A stretch of DNA of 46,008 nt from Xylographa opegraphella (lineage: Eukaryota), in the NCBI GenBank assembly GCA_022813865.1, contig JALDZX010000096.1:1-46008 (forward strand), read 5' to 3'. The notes beneath the pieces are model-generated. The model worked only from the letters and a program-made list of their open reading frames with translations, did not search any database and was not told the origin of the DNA. Below are positions 1 through 10,072 of the stretch, piece after piece (within the stretch, counting starts at the first letter, position 1; each line of letters starts with the position of its first letter). The position numbers were made by a program, and so were the translations under genes.

Positions 1-54
1 GACAGATAGTTCAATGAAGCACTGGTTCCACCATACTGATTCCACCCATTCATT

Positions 55-640
55 TCAACTTATATTAATAAAAAATTATTATAAAATTCGAAATTATTTT
101 TAAAAAATAAATTAACGTTAATAATTTTATCGTTAAAACGAACTACAAGGTTAGTTCGTACGACGTTAATTAAAAATATTATTAAAACGGAAATATTTAT
201 TAATCGCGATGGCCGCAGTAAAATTTAATATAATAATATTGTTAATTGGTAGAAGCATCACTTGCTGGTAGGCATAAAGGAATACCTGAAGGCTAGTTCT
301 ATTTATGTATAGCGTAGTTCAGTACTAGCGTAGGAGGTATATGTCACGTTCTCGTGGCCTATACCGAACTTCACCGAATATACGATTACTGTTGCCCCCG
401 CCCTGATCCAAATACACGTGCCTTTTAATAAATATAATAAAAAAAGTTAATAATCGCTAAAAGTTTAATATTTTAATACGTTTAAACGAGTTTTATTTAT
501 ACGTACGAAAGTTGTAATAAAAATTTATAAACTATAAAATACTTATTAATTTATTAAACTACGGTTTTATTTACTATTACGCTTCGTTTAAAAAGGGGAG
601 GATATAAAAATTGGGTTTATATAAGGTATCACGTGGTCAG
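55..640. mobile_element. AT-rich, RIP-degraded repeat/transposon relic (family unidentifiable)
   Basis: Blocks 61-240 and 421-630 are extremely AT-rich and TpA-rich, almost lack CpA/TpG and have no ORF. This is typical of fungal repeat-induced point mutation. Confidence 0.65.
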
Positions 641-1064
641 ATTAGCGGCCTCTATATTGCGTAGCTTCGTAGTAGAACGGGAACTCAGCTTGGAATACTA
701 CATTGAGCTTATTGTTGACGTGTAGAAACATATTGTCTGAGCGATTTCATGAGCGTTGATTAAACTGTATGAGAAACAGTTTGCTGCGGTCAAACATACC
801 TTACCTATTGTATTGGTATGACCCTGTACAATTATTATGCTGCATCCTGAAATACCGACAACGTTTTCTGTCGATGGAATGAGTCTTCTCACTCCTTGGT
901 ACTCGTTAGCTTGGCCAGCTGAGATGTAGGAAAAGTTTCCCTAAGTGCTTTAAGGACTAGCGGGACTCGCTCGTCTGATTGGCGCCTTGGAGAGAGCTTG
1001 CCTCCCTGCCGCAGTGCTATCATCCTACGGTTTCGGCAGCAGAGTTCTCCATTTCACGCCTCTT

Positions 1065-3237
1065 ATGGCAATATTCAAGCCTCCATCGATGAGATCAGGC
1101 GTTCTTCGGCACAGATCTAGCAGACGTGTCAGGTCTCTTGTTGAACCGCCTGGAATTGATCAATTTGACGAGAATGGTGAAGATGCTGATCACTCCTCTA
1201 TTCGACCTTCAAAGCACACACCACGGCCCCTACAGCTGATTCGAGGAAGCCTTGCCGTTGGAGGCCCCTTGAGACCGCTGAGACTTATACGGCAAGATCT
1301 CCACAATTTGCGCTCGCGGTACTTATCAGATTGGGCGTTGTTTAACCAGCTCGTATTTGCTAGTGCTGTCTATACCTTTTTCACAAATCTACTGCCTGGG
1401 ATAACGTTCGCGAGTGATCTCTACGTATTAACCGGACAGAACTGGGGAACTATCGAGGTTGTGTTCAGCACAGGGTTGTGTGGGCTCATCTTTTCACTGT
1501 TAGTGTCCCAGTCTCATGGCGTCTTCTCGTGTAAGGCCTTATCAGTTTCCCTTAGTATCTGGCTGATGGGATCTCGGGCGTACTGTGTCAAGCATCCCTT
1601 TGTTCTTTGTTTTGTCGCTCGTATACGTGCTTGTTCCTGTCGAGCTGGATCAATTGGCTTTAGAAGCGCTGCAAATCATTCATGCTGTTTGAGAAGATCA
1701 TATCAAGTCCTAGTGATAGAGGACTGTTAAAGTGCTCATATCCTAACAGATTCTCTGTCCAGCCATTGACTATCCTCGGGGTTACGGGGCCCTTCTCTGT
1801 ATTAGCTGAGAATATTTATACTCTCTGTACCACTTCGTTCAATGTCTGTTGGGCCTCTTACACATCAGCCTCTACTAATGCTCGTAGAGATTCCCTTCCT
1901 CCCGTTCATGTGCTGGTCGCTACTTCATGCCAGCTGGCAGCTTTCTTTGCTGGCGGTCTTCAATGCACACGACTATACGATGCGCTACGTAACCACGTTC
2001 TCCACGGAAATCTTCTCTTTACTTAACAGTATTATCTATTTTCACAAAGCCATACAAGAGATCCAGCGGGTCCACTATAGTCTCTCCTTCGCTGCCTTCC
2101 TTTATACAATCATTGGCGCTGTCGGCACTATGCTATTTGCGATATTTCTCTCTACAGCCGAGAGCTGGAAGCCACTGTTCCATCGCTACCTACGGATGGG
2201 TCTTACCGAGTATGCGGCAGCTATTAGTGTGGTTATCTTCATTGGCATGCCTTATATCGGTGAATTAGCTACTCTAGACAAGTCAACACTACCAACAAGT
2301 ACTGCCCTTCGTCCTACCAGCCCAGATCGTGACGTGTTCTTTGTCCAATTTTGGAAATTGCCGGTCACGTGGATATTTGCTGCCATCGTGCCTGGCTTTA
2401 TCATCACAGTGCTCTTCTTCTTCGACCACGAAGTCAGCAGTATTATCTGCACAGTCGATCGATACAGAACAAAAAAGCCTGGTGGGTTTGCATGGGATAT
2501 AGTACTTCTTGGTATCACCACCGGAATGTGTGGGTTGTTAGGAATACCACCTGCAAACGGGCTGCTGCCGCAAGCACCGCTACATTCGGAAAGTTTGATG
2601 CACACTGAGAGAGAGGAGGTGCAGGTTATAGTCGATGAGGAAGCAAGAACAGAGATCAGAGAGATCAAGTATGTGTACGAACAGCGTTGGAGCGCGTTCT
2701 TACAAGCTGCTGCGATTCTTATGTTCATCGCACCACCATTTCAGCATGTGCTTGGCTTGACTTCCACAAGCGTACTCGCAGGGCTGTTCCTATTCATGGG
2801 AGAACAAAGTCTGTCTGTGAAGTATGATGCTCTTCCTCAAAAAATACGAATCTGATACTGATATGTACAGTCCTGTTCTATACCGCTTCTTCTACTTACT
2901 CACACCTGCATCCGAGCTTCCGATATTGCCTCGCGCTGTGAAAGGTTACAAAGGCGTGCATGTGTACACGTTGGTGCAGATCGTGGTCACAGTCATAATA
3001 TTCACCGTTACTTTGACGAAAGGAGCACCAGCTTTTCCCGTCATCATCATCGCACTTGTACCAGTCCGATTGATGGTAATGAATAAACTATGGGCCAGGG
3101 ACACATTGAGATTTGTTGATGCTTGGGCCTGTCGCGAAGGAACTCCCGAAGATGATGCGGATCGGAAAGTGGCAAGAGACATAGAAATGGAGATGGAACC
3201 GAGGCAGGCATCGGTACCGGGCGTACCGAGTGTCTAG
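1065..3237 (+). CDS. HCO3-/borate transporter family (SLC4/BOR1-like) membrane protein
   Basis: Motifs RYLSDW, FFTNLLPGITFA, QPLTILGVTGP, LFFFDHEVSS, KKPGGFAWD, GIPPANGLLPQAPLH, VYEQRWS, VLAGLFLFMG. Inferred exons 1065-1498, 1750-1843, 1890-2821, 2871-3237. Start may be the in-frame ATG at 1089. Confidence 0.92.
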
Positions 3238-3662
3238 TGCCATGACTTACTACCTCTGTGAGTCCTATTGCCCTGTGGACAAGGTGCCGTATTCTTGACT
3301 TAAATATGATACTTGGCTCCACACAGCTTAATGTCAAAGCCTGAAGGAGAATGTTTGTCCTGTATGCATGAATACAGGCCTACGTACTCTGATTGCATAC
3401 TCATTGGACACAAAAGATACGAAGGCCGTTTCCGGAGTTTATGGTGCATTATCCTGTCTCTTCTATGTACTAGCGCCACAATGGGAACGCATCAAAGATA
3501 CTATCGTCCTAGCATGGAAGAAAGGGAACGCGTCTCTATAAAATGCAACGCCTTCCAGATTCAATCCGACCATTTCATCTCATCAAAGCTTGTCACTGTC
3601 CTAGACCAATCATCCACACTCCACTCTACAGTATACCAACTTCATTATCGATTCGATTCACA

Positions 3663-3833
3663 ATGTGCGTCTCTATGCCAATTGTATACCTCTGCGGCTG
3701 TAAATTTGCGTCCACGGTTCAGATCTGCGATGCGTACCGTCGACGCTTGCCGTGCCATCATGCGGAAGTGCCTCAGTATGTCAACAGCCCGTGCTCACGC
3801 CATACACAAGGAAGCCCTGGACGCAGCCGTTAA
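3663..3833 (+). CDS. Putative 56-aa Cys/His-rich micro-protein
   Basis: ATG in ACA-ATG context after a pyrimidine-rich leader and a TATAAAA at about 3537. Translates MCVSMPIVYLCGCKFASTVQICDAYRRRLPCHHAEVPQYVNSPCSRHTQGSPGRSR, an MC..Y.CG(C/H)..C..C..CxxH pattern common in small fungal hypothetical proteins. Confidence 0.55.
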   Translation: MCVSMPIVYLCGCKFASTVQICDAYRRRLPCHHAEVPQYVNSPCSRHTQGSPGRSR

Positions 3834-4046
3834 GTTTTTTTGAAAGCAATAGGATGGAAGATGGTAGGGGGAAATCGTGTGGACATACAATTCCAGTTGT
3901 GGGTAATTATTTTCAGCTGTTCATTATTTCGACAGCCTGGAGATATAGATTTGATTGAATAAAGGGTGTTAACACGGAAATCCCAGTGTACCCTCACGGT
4001 ACTACATCTGTTGCATACACCGACAGACGCTGGTGAGATTCTGGTT

Positions 4047-4125
4047 CTTAAGAAGGTAAGGTACTTTAGGTACCTTACGGTAAGGTACCTTAGCCTAGGT
4101 ACCTACCTTAAGCTCGTAAGGTACA
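4047..4125. repeat. Palindromic AGGTACCT / TAAGGTACCTTA repeat cluster
   Basis: Five GGTAC cores in about 70 bp, a perfect 12-bp palindrome TAAGGTACCTTA at 4081-4092 and an 11-bp inverted repeat 4068-4078 / 4080-4090. Confidence 0.85.
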
Positions 4126-4302
4126 AAATGCACCTCGATGCATGTGGCTAATGCGGCTAAGCCGTTCCCGCTGGACTGTCATAGGACTAGCGTATATATC
4201 CTAACTGAGCTCGAGACTCTTAATCCGATTTTAAGTATTCGATATATACTCTAATAATGTTCTTTGCCGGGATTAGTGACCTTTGAGAAGGCTGCTGCGG
4301 GT

Positions 4303-5586
4303 ATGACCATCAATAGAGCTCGTCGACCAGGTCAGTAAACTTCTTCTGTGCGTTTTGCACATTGTAAGCGTTGTACGAGATGTTGATGTTCGGCTATCTG
4401 ATATATTGTAAAGCGATGCAAAAAGATGCTCTCAACAAGCATGTTTCTCCCAATGGACCAGATGACCAGGTTAAGACTGAATTCGATGTCTTTGTCAACA
4501 AAACCGACAAGCACATTATGGTACTCCAATTTCCAAACCGAGATCGAAAACAGCCATACAATGCCAGAAGCGGTCAAAAGCCCTTGCGTCTGCGCATTAA
4601 ACCCAAGAGTGGACTTGTAGAAGTTGATGTGCCTTTGGTTATTGAGAGGCATTATGATCAGGTAAAGGGAGCTCAGTATGGAGATGCCCTGCGAAAAAGC
4701 CGGGTGATGCAGCAAGGCAATTCCTACGGACTTGCGGGAGGCTTGGGAGTCAATGGCGCCATTCGTCCAATCCGAGACACTACCCAGACCTCTATAACGC
4801 GCACGTCAGAAGACGATCTGCTAGGAAATCCCGATGCCCCTTTCAACGAAGATCGTTTAATGAACAAGCTCATTCTTGGCGGGAGAATCATCAAACCTCA
4901 GAACGGAAAGCCAAATTACTACATCGGAGTATTTAAAGGGAGTTAGTGGGCATCCCGGAGACTTCCCAAACCAATGAATACTGACCATCCTCGAAGAGGA
5001 ACTGCATCTTACCCGAATTTCAGCCTTCTGTTCCCTGACTCCACAATTTCATCACCTTGATGCTATAGTCGACATTGAAAGAGCCTCTACCAGAGCTCAG
5101 CGGGAAGCAGAAAATCCTCCGCCAGAGACGGAAGCACGTGCCGTCAACATGGCGGTCAAATCCAATGATAACGAAGAGCTTGATATGGGCCAAGTGGCGA
5201 AAGAGCTACGTGACATCGATGAAGAGCCATGGCAGGAATTGGAGTGGATTGATGAAGATGTGAGCAAAAATATATTTTGTCACTTCCATAGTATTACTTA
5301 CATCATAAAGGATTCACGCGCATTTGAGACTTACGAGGAGCAACTGATCCTTGACGAAGAACATCAGGGGACTCAGCTTGTGTCAGCGATGACAAAACAG
5401 CAGTATCTAGATGCCCTTAGTGCCCCACGCGTCGATCCTACCAAGCAAGGGAAAAAGGTAATGATGAACCGACCACACTCTGATGATGAGTCGAGCGACG
5501 AAGCCACCGGAGATGAAAGTAAATCTAGGCAGACTGCAGGAGTATCTACCATGAAAAACAAAACACACAAGGCAGCCGGTGCTTAG
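4303..5586 (+). CDS. RPC5: RNA polymerase III subunit RPC5 (Rpc37, Sin-like)
   Basis: DDQVKTEFDVFV, VLQFPNR, LRIKPKSGLVEVDVP, NYYIGVFK-ELHLT..PQFHHLDA, EEPWQELEWIDED. Exons 4303-4330, 4414-4941, 4997-5259, 5311-5586 with canonical splice signals. Confidence 0.88.
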
Positions 5587-5912
5587 GAGATGAAACAGTG
5601 TATTGGTGGAGGACACTTGGAAGGGGAAGTGAAGCCAGTCCGGGATGTCTGATCAGAGCCAAAAGCGATACCCTTTAGACTATGATACCCAATGTATTGC
5701 AAAAAGCAATTGTAGAAATTTGAACGATATGGTTTTGTACCCTGCATCTTGGTCCACTTCCCTCGGAGATAATCACGCCTAAAATCCGTGACATGTATCG
5801 ATGATCTAACTCGCGTAGACTATCTTAATTCGCGCCTGTCTTTGAGGCTACTGAGCCATCTAGCAGAGTTTGAATCTGTAGTCTGAGCCCGGAAGCTCTG
5901 AGCTTGACTGAT

Positions 5913-8900
5913 ATGGCGTATCTGGCTCCGATTCATCGGCCAAGCAGTGTACGGCATGCACTGAAGCTTCGGTTCCTTTCTGCGGATGAGGAGTGTTTGG
6001 TGGTTGCGTGAGTGTACTGACCCATTTGTTACGGCTTCTGACATCGTTCCAGGAAATCCAATCGCCTAGATATCTACGCAGTCACAGACGATGGCTTGGA
6101 GCTTCAATACACGCGGGCTGTCTATGGTAAAATCATGATGTTAGAGAAGCTACGGCCGGCTTCCTCCAGTACGGACCATCTCTTTGTTGGGACAGATAGA
6201 TACACCTACTTCTCAGTCTCCTGGGATCCTACGATCGGTCATTTGCGTACAGAGAAAAGTTATACAGACCTGTCAGACAAGACGGGGAGAGACTCTCAAT
6301 CAGACGACCGATGCCTTATCGACCCATCCTACCGATTCATGACTCTTGGATTGTTTGAAGGTATATTGACGGTCTTGCCATTGACACACAAAAGCAAAAA
6401 GAAGGGAGACCCGGAGCCTGGCAGTCCCGGAGAGCCAGTTCCCGTTAGGATACCGGAGCTTTTCCTGCGTTCCTCTGCATTTCTGCATTCGAGGAATCCA
6501 ACGTCGGAGAAAGAGAAGCCGAGGCTGGCCCTTTTATACGAAGACAATCATGAGAAAGTGGGTCTCAAAATTCGATCGCTGAATTATTATGCTGCTGGAA
6601 CCAGTGAACCAGGCAGTGCAGAGTTCGTTGAGGAATATCGATTTCAGGAACAAATAGATCTTGGTGCAAGTCATATTATACCAGTTCCTGCGCCTTCCTG
6701 TGAGTTTCCTTGCTCCGATGCGAAAAGCAGGCTAACGGTAGTCAGATGGTTTCCTCATCATTGCAGAAGTATCTATCACGTATGTGGACGAGGTCTCCAA
6801 TCATCATCTCATAGAGCCCCTTAAGGAAGCAACTATTTTTGTTACCTGGGCACAGATTGATGCCCAAAGATGGCTACTGGCCGACGAGTATGGGAAAATA
6901 TTCTTGCTTATGTTATTAGTTGAAGATCATGATGTTGTAGGCTGGAAATTTCACCTTCTGGGAACAACTTCAAGGGCATCAGTACTGGTATACTTGGATG
7001 CTGGAGTCGTGTTTGTTGGTTCTCATCAAGGTGATTCCAAAGTTATAAAGATTCAAGAAAAGTCAATGGAAGTTATACAAACATTATCAAACCTCGCACC
7101 AATACTTGATTTCACGATTATGGACATGGGAAGTCGAGCGGGTGACGTAAAGACTAATGAATATTCTTCTGGACAAGCTCGACTTGTTACCGGCTCTGGA
7201 GCCTTCCAAGATGGAAGCCTACGAAGTGTTCGAAGCGGAGTCGGGCTTGAGGAGTTGGGCAATCTTGGTGAAATGGAGCACATCATTGAGCTCTTTGCGT
7301 TACGGTCCGGATCCGAGACTGAGCTTATGGACATGTTAGTGGTCTCTTTTATAGATGAGACGAGAGTTTTCAGCTTTTCTGCAACAGGAGATGTCGAAGA
7401 GAGGGATGACTACAATGGCTTCGTCTTTAACGAATCTACTCTACTAGCTGTCAATGTTCCCCAGAATCGGCTCCTGCAAGTCACTACTTCATCAGCGCGC
7501 TTGCTGGACCTAGAAAGCGGTATGACAGTTGCCACTTGGACGGTCCCAGCTTCGCAGTCTATTATAGCTGCTTCCTCGAACCAGTATTGTCTCGCTCTGT
7601 CTCTGGGAGGTTTAGAGGTGGTTGTCCTCGATTTCGCCGCTGAACTACAGGTCAAAGCCCGAAAGTCCTTTGGCACAAACACCCAAATCTCCTGTATTGA
7701 TGTCTCTGCGATCCTGCGGGATACTCTGGTTATTGGCTTCTGGCGTGGGGCAAGTGTCTCTGTTTTCAACGTGGAGACCCTTGAAGAAATTACGACTATA
7801 CGAGTGAGCGAAGATGCTGAAGCTGTTCCACGATCGGTTCTGCTTACTCAGATACTACCTGGGCACTCCCCAACTCTATTTGTTGCGATGGCTGACGGTA
7901 ACGTCGTCACGATGAGCTATGATTCTATTCAGGCTTCGGTTTCTGACCGAAGCAGTACCATCCTCGGCACGCAACAAGCAAACTTCAAAGCTATTCCGAG
8001 AGACAACAATCTTTTCAACGTCTTTGCTATGTGTGAACACCCTAGCTTGATATATGGCTCGGAGGGGAGAATAGTATACTCAGCCGTGACGGCAGAAAAT
8101 GTTTCCTGCGTGTGTCCATTCGATTGTGAAGCATATCCTGGTGCAATAGCAATGGCAACCGCAGAAGATCTGAAGATTGCTTTGATAGATGACGAACGTA
8201 CCACTCATGTTCAAACGCTACCTGTTGCCGAGACTGTTCGAAGACTTGCATACTCTACGCACTTGAAGGCTTTTGGCCTTGGAACGATCAAGAGGACCTT
8301 GAAAGATGGCGTTGAAATTGTGCAAAGTCACTTTAAGCTCGCCGATGAAGTCGTTTTCGGCGAACTCGATACATATGACCTGAACGAGGACGAACTTGTT
8401 GAGTCTGTCGTTCGAGCAGATATGGACGATGCTATTGAAGGACAAGCGGAACGTTTTATTGTTGGCACGGCATACTTGGAGGACGACCACCCCGATGCAG
8501 TTAGGGGAAGAATCATTGTCTTCGAGGTTACCCAGGACCGAATGTTGCGAGTGGTTACGGAGATAGCAGTGAAAGGCGCGTGTCGGGCGTTGGCTATGAT
8601 GGATGGAAAAATAGTGGCAGCACTCGTGAAGACGGTAAGTTCATCCCAGCCTTGAAATAACAGAATGTCACTATCCTAAGTCACTTCTCAGGTTGTGATC
8701 TACGATCTTGAAGAAGATACACTTCGTAAGATCGCTAGCTACAGAACCGCTACTGCGCCCATAGACATAGCGGTAACCGGCAAGTTTATTGCCGTCGCCG
8801 ATATCATGAAAAGCATGTCCATTGTCGAGTTCAAGCGAGGTACAGCCGGTGAACCTGACACCCTCACTGAAGTCGCTCGTCATTTCCAGACGACGTGGAG

Positions 8901-9482
8901 TACGGCCATCGCTAATGTCGATGACAACACTTACCTAGAGAGCGACGCCGAGGGCAACCTGATGGTCCTACGCCAAAACGTCAGCGGAATCACCGCGGAG
9001 GATCGACGAAGGCTGGAAGTCACGAGTGAAATACGCTTGGGCGAGATGGTCAATCGGATACGGCGGATCACCGTACCAACGTCCACAGACGCCACTGTGA
9101 TCCCCAGAGCGTTCATGGCAACGGTAAGCCTCCCCGCCTCCTCTCACACATATACATCACGTACTGACCCGCTTCCAACCAGGTGGACGGCTCCATCTAC
9201 CTCTTCGCGCTCATCCGGCCCAACAAGCAGGATCTGCTCATGCGACTGCAGAGCAACATCGGCAGCTATGTCCACAGCCCCGGCTACGTGCCCTTCAACA
9301 AGTACCGCGCCTTCAAGAACGAGGTGCGGGAAGCGGAAGAGCCGTACCGCTTCGTGGACGGGGAGTTGGTCGAGAAGTTCTTGGACTGCGCGCCCGCGAT
9401 GCAGCAGGATATTGTCGAGGGGCTGGGGGTCGGGGTGGAGGAAGTGAGGAGTATGGTCGAGGGCTTGCGGCGGTTGCATTAG
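5913..9482 (+). CDS. DDB1: DNA damage-binding protein 1 (CUL4 adaptor, three beta-propellers)
   Basis: N-terminus MAYLAPIHRPSSVRHA; FVGSHQGDS, NLAPILDF, VTGSGAFQDGSLRSVRSGVG, VADIMKS, LGEMVNRI, RFVDGELVEKFLD; C-terminus VEGLRRLH. Exons 5913-6007, 6053-6699, 6746-8634, 8692-9123, 9183-9482. Confidence 0.96.
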
Positions 9483-10072
9483 GGGGTTTATAGAAGGGGG
9501 GGGTCCTAACAGTGGAAAGCATTTGACCAGGTGGCGTTTGTTGCGATGTCGGGAATGCTGGAGTGGGGGGAGGGTTCGTGAGTGTAGACTGTGGGTACTG
9601 TCATGAGGGACCTACGTTAGCTGTTCCACGACTCGGACAGACAGCTACACGGACGGCGAAGCACTGCGCCCTTGCACGACGAGCACACGAAGCAGGGGCA
9701 AGCGTGGATGTAATCATATCTCCCCCCACCGTCGTTTCCCACACGTATAGCGAACACGAGCCCAAACGCCGAGCGGCGTACATACAGCAACGTCACAGCG
9801 TAAAGGGGGTATCCAACACGCGGCCGCCCCCCGCCACATTGCAGAAGTACACACGATGCAAAGGAAAGCCCGAAGCCCAATCCCCCGTAATAACCGCCCA
9901 TTTCATTTCATATTCGACTTCCCATGCCAGACGCTGGTGAAAACGCTCGCCCTCCGTGACGCCTGACGCCGTGATCGTCTACAACCCCCCTTCGCCCTCC
10001 CTGCCGGGTACACGATCTCTCTAACCGGCCATTTCACGCTTCTCCTCCTCCTGCCTGACATGGCTCATCATA

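Noticed and set aside
3313..3843. 176-aa ORF in the track
   Set aside because: Starts at a non-ATG codon with random-looking composition; the overlapping 56-aa frame has better promoter and start context.
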